Notes: generated from the letters alone by a model not told the origin. 64,000 nt of DNA from Azolla caroliniana (GCA_043228905.1 JBHGNT010000021.1:3348001-3412000); one strand, 5' to 3'; positions 40,746 to 52,578 are shown, counted from the stretch's first letter. Translations and numbers: made by a program.

Positions 40746-43427
40746 ATGGAAGCCGGAGACATCGCGGAAGTAATTACGAGAATGGCAAGGGATTTCACAA
40801 GAAGGAGAGAAAGACGGGAAGAGGCGTACAAGTACGATCGACGCGAGTTCGATCTATGGGTGTCGTCGGCAAAGGCTCCTCGAAGCGCAATGAAGGCATT
40901 CCGAGAGTTCGATCTCCGGTTTTCCCAACTTTCGGTCCAGGATCAAGAATCGGTGGGGGCGGACAAGGTCCCACTATTCTTGAAGTCGGTCAACGAAAGG
41001 GGGAGAATGGCCATTTTTCCCTACCTCGAAGACGATGAAGGGGCGTATGGCCTCACCGAAGATTGGAACGAGGTGGAATGGGCGTGCATACAATGCGATG
41101 AGAGGCGGTCGGCCACAACGCGGCCCGCGAGCGGCGGAGAAGAGAGAGCGGCGACCGACTACGCACTACCGCCGGAAGAGAACTCAACGCAAATCGGTTC
41201 GGAGGAGCTCGACATCAAAGCCTTGGTGCGGGAAGCGTACGAGATCATAGAGGCACAAATCGAAGCCGAAGAAGGGCTTATTGCGGAGTCGGGGCCGAGC
41301 GGATCAAAGGATGAGGAGGCCGAAAGAGAATGGTACATCGGTACCATGGGAGATGGTGCGGGACGAGCCACCCTCTCGACATGCGGAGAAAGATCGACCG
41401 AGGACGAGGTCGGGGACGGTAAGGCGGCGATCGCCGATTCGAGCGGACGTGAGGGAGTTCGGCCATGGAGGCCCGAAACATCGAGCGGGGAGAAGACGGG
41501 TGGTGGTGCCGGGACCTTACGCACACCGGGCCTAGAGACTCCGGCAACTGGCCTGAGAGCCGGTGTGAGACCTAGAGAGACGGGCGGTGGCAGCAGCAAG
41601 GCGGGCGACCACGATGGTGACATGGGAGAGGGTGCAAAAAGAGCGACTCTCTCGTCTTGCGGAAAATGGACGGCCATGGAGGCCGGTAACTACGGATTCG
41701 GGACATGGCGGCCCGAAACATCGAGGGAGGAGGAGACAAGTGGCAGTGCCGCGACCTTACACACACCGGCCCTAGAGGCACCGGCGGTCGGTCCGATTTC
41801 CGGCGTGAGAGCTAGAGCGACGGGCGGTGGCGGCGGCAAGGCGGGCAAATGAGACAACGGTAAGGAGACCGTGGAAGAGGAGGCAGCAAGCATAATTGAT
41901 GCTTGCATATACGGAGGCGGGGTAGCCACGGACGACGATGTCCGAATGGAGGTGGCTACAGGCATAGCATCGACGAGCGGCGGCATTGCTAGCTTACACG
42001 CACCGGTTCAAGAGACCCCAACGGTCGGCCCGAGTGCCCGCGTGAGACCTAGGGTAACGAACGGTGGCGGCGGCAAGGCGGGCGACCACGACAACGATGT
42101 GGGAGAGGGTGCGGAGCGAGCGACCCTCTCGACTTGCGGAAAGAGGACGGCCATAGATGAGGCCGATATCTACGGAGCAATGGACGCCACTTCGAGAGTG
42201 GGCGAAAGTTTCGGGACGCGGTTGCCCAAAACGTTCTACGAGGATTTCGCGAGCATACTCGAGGCTTGCGAAATCGAGGAAGAAGAGGAGACGAGCAGAG
42301 GTGCCACGACCTTCCACACACCGGTCCTAGAGACTCCGGCAACCGGCCCAAGAGCCGGTGTGAGACCTAGAGAGACGGACGGTGGCGGCGGCAAGGCGGG
42401 CAACCGAAATGACGAAGAGGAGGTTTGTAGTGCATGGAGGCGAGATCCCTCGACACTGGGGCCGGAGACTTCGGCGGTTGCGCCCGAGCGCGGGCATAAG
42501 ACCGGAGAGATGGGCGGTGGCCGTGAGGATGAGAGGCCCGAAGTGGGCACGTGCGAAAAGACCGAAGGAGAGGTCCGGAGCGGCATCGAGGAGCGAGTCG
42601 GGAACCGACCCGACCGAAAGACGAGCCGGTCGGTAATCCGACCCGACCGGGAGGCGGAGCGGAAGAAGAGTGAAGCGGGGGCCGGTCAACCGGGCCCGAA
42701 CCGAAGGAAGCCGGCAAGACCGGGATTGTTTGATCAATTCGTAGCCGGCCGGGTACGGTTACAGTGGGAGCCGGTGAGAGCGAGAAGGAGGCTAACCGGG
42801 CATGGCGAGTACGGGTCGGTGAGAGGCCGAGAGCGAGAGGAACCTTCCACACCCATTCTAGAGACTTCGGCGGTTGCGGATCAACGTGAGACCAGAGAGA
42901 CGGCGGGTGGCGGCGAGGAGTCGGAGGCCGAAGCGGACAAAGTTATCGGAACGGGTATCCGGTATGAGATGATGGGCGAGCACGGCCCAGATGGCGAGCC
43001 GGAGTCGGAAGGGGCTACGGCAAGAAAGGACGAAGAGACCGACGCAGAGGTCGGCACTACGGCGGATGAAGGGCGTAACACGAAGCATGCATTACGGTGG
43101 GTGAAGGGCCCAAGGACGAGCATGCATCCGAGAGAGCGTCAACGAGTGACCGGAAACGGTGGACCGATTGAGCCTTTGAGAGGCGAGGACTCGGTGGTGG
43201 ACCGAGAGTGGGAGGAACCCTCCACACCTACCCGTGAGGCATCGGCGGTCGTGGATCGAAAGGAGAACGAAGAAACGGTGGGTGGCGGCGAGGAGTTGGA
43301 GACCAACGCGGAGGTCAGGTCTACGACGGAAGCACGACACGAGACGCATGCAATACGGCCGGTGGAGGGCCAAGACACAAGCATGCATACGGCGGATGGG
43401 CGACAACGGTTGACCGACGATGACGAT
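40746..43427 (+). pseudogene. Long ORF of the Trp-PBS element: short Gag-like N-terminus plus E/G/T/A-rich internal repeats, one premature stop
   Basis: ORFs 40719-41852 and 41871-43439 are in the same frame. The TGA at 41850 aligns to CGA in the sister repeat (GKAGNR vs GKAGK*). The ORF is cut at 43428 by a nested LTR and similar sequence resumes at about 47335-47884. The Gag assignment rests on position and recollection only. Confidence 0.6.
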
Positions 43428-44356
43428 TGTCAGGAATAGTACTAAAGCAGAGATGGAATTAGTACTAAAAAGAGTAGTACTATTAGTACTAAGAGGACGG
43501 GACTGCGTAAGATTCCCGAGAGAGAGGAAGTGAGAAGAGGAGAGAGAGAGATAGGATGATGACAACAGCTCTTATATTATATGAAAGATAAGTACAAATC
43601 GGCTAAGAGGCTTAAGACTGGTGTTGAACCAATTTGGTTCAAAACAATGCCTTGTGCCTCCTTTTATAGTGTTTTTAGGAATAATCTTGAAGCTTCTAGA
43701 ATGTTCCAGAGAGATCTGGAATATACATCAATTTTCTATGATAAAGCATAAATGAAAATAATATCCTACAAATTACAACTCATAGTCTAATGGTAAGAGC
43801 TCGACCCATGTAGCATAAGGTCATGGGTTCGAGTCTTGCCATATCATGACACTATCTCCCCCTTAACGACGACGAGTGGAACGAGTCGGCGCTAATTGCG
43901 GACTGGGTTTGTTCGGATACTTTCGGTGGAAATCGGTGGAAATCAGCAAGAAGATATTGTGCATTGGCAACATGCTCGACAGGTTCCCAAGTACGTTCGC
44001 TCGGACTATAACCGAGCCAATCGACCAAGTAATAAAGTTTGTTGCGAACAAGTTTGGAATCGAGGATGGCAGCAACTTCATACTCCGGGGCGGCGTCCAA
44101 CTCCAGCGGGGGCGGCGGTGGTGTCACACGATCGGGAATGGTGTTTGCTTTATAAGGTTCAAGAAGAGAACAATGGAAAACCGGATGTATCTGAAGCTGC
44201 GGAGGGAGATCAAGGCGGAAGGTGACATCATTAATCTTACCTGTAATACGGAAAGGACCGAGTCGTCGATAATCCAACTTGTCGCACGGTCGAGTAGTCT
44301 TGATGTGACGACGTAAGAGCCATACTCGATCTCCGATGGCAAAAGAGGAGGGAATC

Positions 44357-44992
44357 TGTTGGGATTACGGTCCCTCCGGATGGGATGGACAGATGTCCGG
44401 GAATCGGGAATGAAGACCCGAACAAGGAGTACCCGGTTCCGGATCCGGATGATGAAGACCCCGGCTACGGAGCCGGATGATGAAGACCCCGGCTACGGAG
44501 CCGGATGACGAATGTACCCGGAGAGAGATCCGGATGCGGGGACATATTTGTGAATATGTTTTCCAAGAGCCCCTTTGAGGCTATATTTGTAAATAATCCG
44601 AAAGTCATATGTGTATAAATATGACTTAGGGCAAACTGTTTAGTGCTGCTGGCTGTATTGTGTATTGCCACTCTTATGTGTGCAAGAGTGAAGAGAGTAG
44701 CCGAGAGAGAGAGAGTGAGAGAGAGAGACGAAGAGGTCGTTGCCTCTGTGTATTACCGCCGCCTGTGGCGAAGACAGTGAGCTCAAGGTTGTTGCCTTGT
44801 AGCTTCACCATTGTACATCTCTGTTTATAGTGATAGTTGGAGTTTGAGGACTCCCGTGGTTTTTCCCATTTAGGGTTTTCCACGTAAAACATCCTGTGTA
44901 CTCTTCTCTCTATTGTCTTCGTGCATTTTGTATTTCCTGTTTTCTGTGAGTTGATCCTATTCCTCGGTGGTGGCCGAGCACTGTGTTCAACA
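44357..44992 (+). mobile_element. Ty1/copia solo LTR related to 3635-4246
   Basis: TGTTG...CAACA termini and perfect 5-bp TSD GAATC. Removal restores the host integrase frame ADRHRIPSSFAIGDRVWL. Confidence 0.93.
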
Positions 44993-45733
44993 GAATCCGA
45001 TGACGATCCGCATAAGTCTTCTGTGTGTGTTGAGCATGACGAAGGTGAGTAGAGAGATCCATCTGGATCTTGCGTAGCCTCTCCAAATGATCCTCGGCAC
45101 AAGGGTTGGTAGGTAGCTCCGGAGTGTCGATCACCGACCAGCGAGGATGAAACCGGTATAAGCGAAAAATGGGGAGACCCGAGTCGAGGAGTGAATAGCA
45201 TTATTATACGCAAACTCCGCAAAGTGGAGAATCTCAGCCCAATCATCCTGTTAATAACTCAGGAAACACTAGAGATATTGCTCCAGCGTTTGGTTTGTTC
45301 GTTCCGCCTGCCCGTCGGTCTGAGGATGGTAGCCGGAGGAGAGGTTGCAGGAGACCTTGAGCATCTTGAAGAGATGCTGCCAAAATTTGGAGACAAATTG
45401 CGGGCCTCGGTCACTGATAATACTGTCTGGGAGGCCATGATGCCAAAATACCTCACGCATAACAAGAGCGGCGGTTTCCTCGCTAGTGATGGCTTTAGTA
45501 CATGGTACAAAATGTGCCATCTTCGTATATCGATCGACGACGGTTAGGATAGCATCGAACCCCTTCGAGACCGGCAAATCTGTGATAAAATCAAGACAAA
45601 TAGACTGCCATGGCTTACTTGGAATCGGTAAGGGTTCCAACAAGCCATATGGATGGTGTCGTGGCATCTTTGCTCAGCAGCAAGCATCACAGGTCCGAAC
45701 GTAGTCGTCGACAAAACGGCGGATGTGGGGCCA

Positions 45734-47311
45734 TCAAAAAGATCGTTGCACTAGCTCCAACGTCTTAGTACTACCGAAATGTCCCGCCGTATGGGTGTCG
45801 TGACAATGTTGGACGATTTGAAGGCGACAGGAGCAATCGGGGACATATACGCGCTTTTTAAAGAATAACAAACCATCATGATATTCGAATTGTCGGTAGT
45901 CAATACCTGGTTGTTGAGACTGAGAACAGGATGCCCGAGAAGTATCAATGTGCGCCAGGATGTCTTGAGCAAAACTATCCGTCTTCAAGGTTGCACGTAT
46001 GTCATTGGTAATCCGTGAATCCATCGGGGTGTGAAAAATCCGCGTCATGTGCAATCGTGTTGGTCCCAAGATTACTTGCTTTTGATTATCAAATGTTGCG
46101 TCACCAGGACGAGGTGCAAGATATGAACGTCGTGATAGTGCATCTGCTTTTCCTTGCTGCTTCCCCGGTCGATATGTGATTTTGAAGTCGAAACGCGTGA
46201 GGAATTGCGCCCACCGAGCTTGCCGTCGATTTAGTACACGAGCGTTCTGAAAATAAGCAAGATTTTTATGATCGCTAAAGACAATGACCTGATGTGGAGA
46301 GCCCTCTAAGAAATGTTGCCATTGTACAAATGAATCCACGATGGCTAATAACTCCTTGTCATGTATTTCGTAGTTGATTTCTACGACATCGAATTTGCGC
46401 GAATGGAAAGCCACCGGATGCAACTCTTCTTTATCGCCTTGTTGAGAAAGGATGCTACCGAGGGCGAAATCTGATGCGTCGGCCTCCATGATGAATGGTT
46501 TGCTTGTATCCAAATGAGCTAGAATCGGTGCTGATGTAAAGGCTTTCTTAAGATGCCGAAAAGCCATATCTGCTTCTATGGACCAAAGAAATGCTTGGCC
46601 CTTCTTCGTAAGTTGGGTGAGAGGTAAAATAATCTTCGAGTAATCTTGTATAAACTTACGGTAGAAGTTAGCAAAACCTAGAAAACATTGTACATCTCGT
46701 ACCGACCGTGGAATTTGCCACTCTAGTACAGTTTGGATTTTAGCTGGATCCATGGCGATGCCCTTTGAGGAGATGACATAGCCTAGAAATTCCACTTGCT
46801 TGCAGTCAAAGCTACATTTTTCTAGCTTGGCATAAAGACCATTCTCGCGGAGTCGCTTTAGTACTAATAGTACATGAGAATCGTGCTCTTCCTGGGTCTT
46901 CGAATAAATCAATAGATCATCCAGATAAATGATCAAACAGATATCCAAGAGGTTTCTGAATATATCATTTGCCATGTGTTGGAAGACTGCGGGTGCATTG
47001 GTTAGGCCAAACGGCATAACAGTATACTCGAAATGCCCATACCGCGTGCGAAAGGCGGTCTTCCACTGATCTCCTGGTCGGATCCGCACGAGGTTATACG
47101 CTCCTCGTAGGTCGATTTTAGTAAAAAACTTGGCACCATTAACTCGCTCTAAAAGACTTGATATAAGAGGAAGTGCATACCTATTCCGGATGGTGACTTT
47201 ATTTAATCCGCGGTAATCAACGACAAGACGAAGTGAGCCATCTTTCTTCTTGACAAAGAAGATGGGTGCACCGGCCGGAGATTTCGAATGGCGGATGAAC
47301 CCGCTTGCCAA
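45734..47311 (-). CDS. Ty3/gypsy RT-RNase H-integrase N-terminal fragment
   Basis: [66 protein letters not shown]. Ends at a premature stop (W to TGA). Confidence 0.88.
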   Translation of the reverse strand: MASGFIRHSKSPAGAPIFFVKKKDGSLRLVVDYRGLNKVTIRNRYALPLISSLLERVNGAKFFTKIDLRGAYNLVRIRPGDQWKTAFRTRYGHFEYTVMPFGLTNAPAVFQHMANDIFRNLLDICLIIYLDDLLIYSKTQEEHDSHVLLVLKRLRENGLYAKLEKCSFDCKQVEFLGYVISSKGIAMDPAKIQTVLEWQIPRSVRDVQCFLGFANFYRKFIQDYSKIILPLTQLTKKGQAFLWSIEADMAFRHLKKAFTSAPILAHLDTSKPFIMEADASDFALGSILSQQGDKEELHPVAFHSRKFDVVEINYEIHDKELLAIVDSFVQWQHFLEGSPHQVIVFSDHKNLAYFQNARVLNRRQARWAQFLTRFDFKITYRPGKQQGKADALSRRSYLAPRPGDATFDNQKQVILGPTRLHMTRIFHTPMDSRITNDIRATLKTDSFAQDILAHIDTSRASCSQSQQPGIDYRQFEYHDGLLFFKKRVYVPDCSCRLQIVQHCHDTHTAGHFGSTKTLELVQRSF

Positions 47312-49624
47312 GTTCTCCTCTATGTAGGGGAAAAAGGGGAAAGCGAAAAGCGCGTGATGGGGTCATCGAAGGACCGAAGCACGAGCACGCATTCGGAGGG
47401 CAGCATCGACATACGGGGAAAGCCAACGGAAGGCAAGCGCAGAGTGGAGAGAGTCGGCACGCTGAGGTGTGTGGCACGCAAAGGGCGGAATACGGCATGC
47501 GACCGGGAGCGCATCCTGAGGATATACGAGGCGGACAAAGGAAGAGCAATCGGGTCGGCGACGACGTTCGGGAGGACCGAATGGGGAGGAAAGCACGGGC
47601 ATCGGATACGGCGGGTCGGATGTAGTCGGTGGTTCAAGGACCCACGGTGGACGTGGCAGATCGGGTGGAGGCAACGACTCGGCGAACATCGTCGAGTGTG
47701 GCAGATTGGATGGCGCCGACAGTTCGAGACCATTCGGCGAGGATGGTGGACCGGAAGGCGGCGGTGGTTCGTGTGGACGGGGTGGTCTTGCTCGAGGTGG
47801 AGGACAAAACCGGGCGGGCCCACGAGGGCGCTAAGGACTCAGCCGGTCGTCGTGGCTGAAAATCTCGTGTTCTCTCCCCTATGATTTGGCACATACCGGT
47901 GGATGTGCGGTTAGGTGGGGGCGGATGTCGTGAAGATTTTCATCCACGAGCGGAAACCCGAGCAACGAGAGCCAAAGAGCGATGTGCAACGTTGCACACG
48001 TACATAATGTATTTGTAATAATAATAGGGGAAAAGGGTATGGTGCTAGAAATGCCCCATAAGATCCCTAAGGTATAAAGGTGATGTGGTCTTGTGCGCAC
48101 ATCCACGCGAGAGAGAGAGAGAGAGGTACTATGCGGTACATAGGTACCTAGTTGTTTGTGAGGAGGTGGGAGTTAAGGGGCCATCAATCTCACCCTCCCC
48201 AAATCAAGGCAAATATCCCCTTTGAATGAAAGGGGATATTTTAGTCTCGTTTTTGTAAACGGTCTTCCCTCCTTGTGCTATAAAAGGAGAGGGAAGGCAC
48301 CATTACGAGGGTTGCCTATTTTGAGGGTGCGAGGTATACCACATAGGTCGAGCGTTAGGGTTAGGGTTAAGGTTTCTTCATCTTTTTCTTCATCTTCGTC
48401 GGTTAGGGTTTCGAGTAGTCGTTTGGTGCGGCCTATGCGGCCACCATTTTGTAATCGTTCATTTCGTTTTAATACATCTTGTTGATCATCTTGTCTCCAT
48501 CTTCCTCTTGTTCGATCTAATCTCTTGTTCATTCTTCTTCTTCTTGAGCAAAGCTTCCATTCCGTGTCTGATTCCTTCTCCTCTACTCCTTAGTCCAAGA
48601 CCCCCGTGGTCCCGCCCTTCTCCACGCACGCGCGTAACAACGCGACAACGGGTTCCTTCATCCTATTGCCTTTTATTCTAGGAAGTTCACACCCCCCAAG
48701 ATCAACTACCCAATTTACGACAAAGAACTCTCTACCATTATTGCCGCCTTTGAAGAATGGCGTCCTTACTTGGCGGGCGCCCAACACCGTATCCAAGTGG
48801 TGACCGATCACAAGAACCTTGTCTACTTCACCACTACTCGCATTTTGAATCGAAGGCAAACGCGATGGTCAACCTTCCTGGCCGATTATGACTTTGAAAT
48901 TGTTTTTCGTCTTGGTGCCCAACATGGTAAAGTTGATGCGCTATCTCGACGTTCGGAATTCGAAATTCGACCAGGGGATGCAACCTACAATCAACAATCA
49001 CATTGTCTCCTACAACCACATCAATTTCAACTCTATGCAACTTATATGGCCGTGGATGAATCATTACTCAATGCCATAGCCACAAATATTGCCACCGACA
49101 AATTTGCACAAGAGATAAGGGAGAATCTCACCAACTCATCCAAAGGCGAGGTACGGAATATTGATAACCAATTTATGTTTCGGGATGGTTTTCTTTTCTG
49201 ATAAAACTTAATGTATGTCCCAGATGTTCCTTGTCGTATCCGTATCGTGAAGGAATGCCATGATGATGCCCTAGCTGGACATTTTGGCGTTGCAAAAACT
49301 TTGGAGTTAATATCTAGAAGTTATTAGTGGCCACAACCTTGGAAACTTGTTAAAGAATTCGTGAAAACATGATACATGTGCCCACGCCAAAGCAGTACAT
49401 CATCATCCCTACGGTCTACTTCAACCTTTGCCAAATCCAAATAGGCCATGGGCCTCCATCTTGACAGACTTTATCACTGACCTTCCAGACCTTGATGGAT
49501 TCAATTCAGTATTGGTGGTGGTTGACATATTCACAAAGATGGCACACTTTATTCCATGTTCTAAGGCAATTTCAGGGATGGAAACAACGGATCTATTATT
49601 AACAAATATTGTGCGCCTTCACGG

Positions 49625-49726
49625 TGTCACGTTGTTACGCGCGTGCGTGTAGAAGGGCGGGACCACGGGGGTCTCAGACTATGTAGAAAGGGGTGCCGAG
49701 AAACCGACTCCGGAGGCAACTGAACG

Positions 49727-49761
<35 letters not shown>

Positions 49762-50446
49762 AAGGAGAGGGAGAGCGTGCGCGCGACACCAACTCTTATG
49801 CACAGGAAGCAAGGGGGCGCTGCTCCCGACTCCGCCAAATACACCGATATGCACAAACAAACACGAATATATATGTATTACAGGAAAAGATACAACCCCG
49901 ACTTCGGGCCGGACCAAGGTAGGTTACGTTACGACAACAGTCTGCCGCCAAGCCGTCGTCGGGGGAGCTCTCGGGCTCGTCGCGCCGAGCGGGGTCTTGC
50001 ACAGGAGGTTGAGTAGAAGTAAACCCCCACAGAACATACAAGCTCTTCACTGGGCCAAAACCCTAAACAGACACGGAGGGGCAGAAGAAGAAGAAGAAGA
50101 AAACCAAGACGAAACCCTAAACGAAATAAGGCGAAGACCCAAGTACAAACCCTAAGGGAACAAGAATAAGATGAAGAGGAAGTACTCTACCAAACCCTAC
50201 ACCTAAGTGGTATACCCTCCTAACTCAAAATGGGCAACCCTTTCACAAAGGGCGCTCCCTTCCTTTTATAGAACAAGGAGAGGGATGTGTTACAATGTGG
50301 GATAAATCCCAACTTACATGGGATTCTCTGTCCCGACTTGACTCCTACTATTCACACGTTTTTACAAGGGTAAGTGCACATGGTACACCCCGTCGATTCT
50401 TTCGATATTCCCCGGTTTCTCACCATGGCCCGGAATCTTCACGACA
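49625..50446 (-). mobile_element. Solo LTR of the tRNA-Trp/ACGN family
   Basis: TGTCA...CGACA termini and 4-bp TSD ACGG (49621-49624, 50447-50450). Removal restores integrase VRLHG-LPDDIISDRG. Confidence 0.93.
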
Positions 50447-51734
50447 ACGGTTTACCGGATGACATTATCTCTGATCGCGGTCCCTAATTTATGTCTCATT
50501 TCTGGAAACGCCTCTTCCAGACACTTGGAATTTCTACAAAATTTTGGACAACCTTCCATCCTGAGACAGATGGACAAACGGAACGAGTGAATCAGATTCT
50601 AGAGCAATATCTCTGATGTATGATAAGTTATCAACAAGATGATTGGATCAAATTTCTTCCAATGGCCGAGTTCGCCTACAACAATACTCTCCACACATCA
50701 ACTAGCGTAACACCCTTCTTTGCAAACTATGGGTTCCATCCACGCTTTAACATAGCTATCCCTACTAGTTCTGTGAATCCATCTATTGAAGAACGAGCTC
50801 GTCTGATGAAAGAAGTGCACCATGACCTATCCCTCAAACTCTCCATTGCTCAAGAACGACACAAAGAGAAGGCTGATCGACATTGGCGGGATGCACATAG
50901 TTTTAAAGTCGGCGACATGGTCTGGCTATTACGACGGCATATTCCAACTACTCATCCATGCAACAAACTTGATTACAAAAAATTGGGTCCATTCCAAATT
51001 GTTGACAAAGTCAATCCCGTAGCTTTCCTTCTTGCTCTTCCATCACTACTGAATTCACAATGTCTTCCATGCATCTCTTCTTGAGCTCTACCATCCATCC
51101 TCAATTCCAGGAAGAAGCATCGATCCGCCACCCCCTGTGGCATTGGCAACCAGGGATGAGTATGAAGTTGAGACCATTCTAGACTCGCGCAAGAGCCGAC
51201 GAAATCTCCAGTATCTAGTCTTGTGGAAAGGATATCCCATTTCTGAGGCTACATGGGAGCCTACAAAAAATTTACTCAATGCCCCAGATGTGGTTCATGA
51301 TTTTCATCTCCAATATCCTCACAAACCTGCACCTTCTTGAAGTCGGCGCTTAAGGGGAGGATAATGTCATGAACATCGAGTCGAATTCAAGCCTTAGGTC
51401 CTTGTATATACATATTATATATTTCTCCTAGAAGGACTTTAGACTTTAAACCTTTGTATAAAGAGTGGTATGTAAGATTGAGTATGTACGACTTAGTATG
51501 TAAGACTTGGCATGCAAGAATCAGTATGCTTAATATTATAGTATGTATGACTTGGCATGAGCATGCTTATCATGCATCACTATATGTATAAAAAGGGTTT
51601 ATCTCCCTTGTTAACATCAAGGAGATCAACACCAGTCATGGAATAGATATTCGTACTCATTGTCATCAACTTATCCATCTCTCTATCTCATCAACTTACC
51701 CATCTCTTTGTCTTCCAATTGTTCATCCGTGACA

Positions 51735-52070
51735 CCTTCTAACATTAACTATGTGTCATAGAATCATATTCTATGACACATAACTAATGAGTTTCCACAT
51801 TCCCCATGACACATGAGCTTCTATAGTTGCTAGAGAGTGAGTGAGTGGTTTAGTGAGAGGGTGAACTTATATAAAACACCCTCAGTGTCGGTTAATCTCC
51901 CTTATAATGCTATTACCTTTGTACTTACTATTCTCTGCTCCTTGTCAATATACATCTTGAGTATTCTATTTTCCTATCTATCTTGTGTCTCTCCTCTCTC
52001 CTCTTTCATACACATATAACACACATCTCTAATCTATTCCGCTGCATAGAATCACACTCGATTCTTTACA
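51735..52070 (+). mobile_element. Probable 3' fragment of another LTR
   Basis: TATA-like CTTATATAAAA near 51866, a CT-rich segment and a TTCTTTACA terminus. No partner in the window. Confidence 0.35.
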
Positions 52071-52578
52071 CATTCAAATGAAAATCTCTCTCTCTCTCTC
52101 TCTCTCTTGGTAAATGCATGTATGTTTGTTATTAAAACAAGATGGTAATACAACCCTTGCTATCTCCACTACTTCATTAGTAGCAATATGGCACGGTAAA
52201 CCCTCTCAAGCCTTTTGATACCAACGTACCTCCCTTGAGTGTATTATACCCTTTCACTTGTGTATCTTTTATTCCAAGGTGCAAAAATATTCATAAAACA
52301 CAAACTTTCTTTCCATCTAACTGAGTATCATAACCATACATAATGAGGACCTTTATACACAAGACGTCATGTGACATGTAAAGTGGGCTCTTTTCTTTAC
52401 TAAATCAGCCAAACTTCATGGTATAAATATGAGTAAATACCACTAATATACATGGAGAATGCCAATTTTGGCACCTTCATAAATGTTTTTTCGACTGAGC
52501 AATTCCAAAACTTCACACGAGCATTTAGTGAATGAAGACACCTTTTTTCCTCAAGGATTGCCCCCATGTATATGCATA

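Larger units (their letters stand above)
43428..47330 (-). mobile_element. 5'-deleted Tcn1-like chromovirus (RT-RNase H-integrase-chromodomain plus 3' LTR) nested antisense in the Trp-PBS element
   Basis: 3' LTR at 43428-43851 follows - strand PPT AAGGGGGAGA. Chromodomain YEVAAILDSK...YLVDWLGY...TWEP. Integrase at 44150-45730, RT/RNase H at 45734-47326 starting abruptly at YIEENL. No gag or 5' LTR. Confidence 0.9.
40000..48647 (+). mobile_element. Non-autonomous LTR retrotransposon with tRNA-Trp PBS and 4-bp TSD
   Basis: Near-identical LTRs at 40000-40701 and 47926-48647. PBS TGGTGAACCCGACGTGAA at 40706-40723, PPT AGGTGGGGGCGGA at 47913-47925. TSD ACGG; removal restores host RNase H SDKNG-FLHPIAFYSRKF. 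No pol of its own is visible. Confidence 0.92.
37202..51734 (+). mobile_element. Tcn1/sushi-like Ty3/gypsy chromovirus (decayed) containing nested insertions
   Basis: 3' LTR at 51365-51734 follows PPT AAGGGGAGGA. The 5' LTR remnant 37202-37327 is identical to 51609-51734. Gag from ATG 37374 (LPEKFDGTR, PMEID), protease LLDSGA, RT YLDDIL, RNase H split at 40000/48648, integrase split at 49625/50447, classical chromodomain YEVETILDSR...YLVLWKGY...TWEP at 51160-51340. Confidence 0.92.

Noticed and set aside
43852-47311. A novel LTR element with pol encoded antisense to its LTRs and gag
   Set aside because: The - strand pol has its own PPT and 3' LTR (43428-43866), so it is a nested, 5'-deleted second element.
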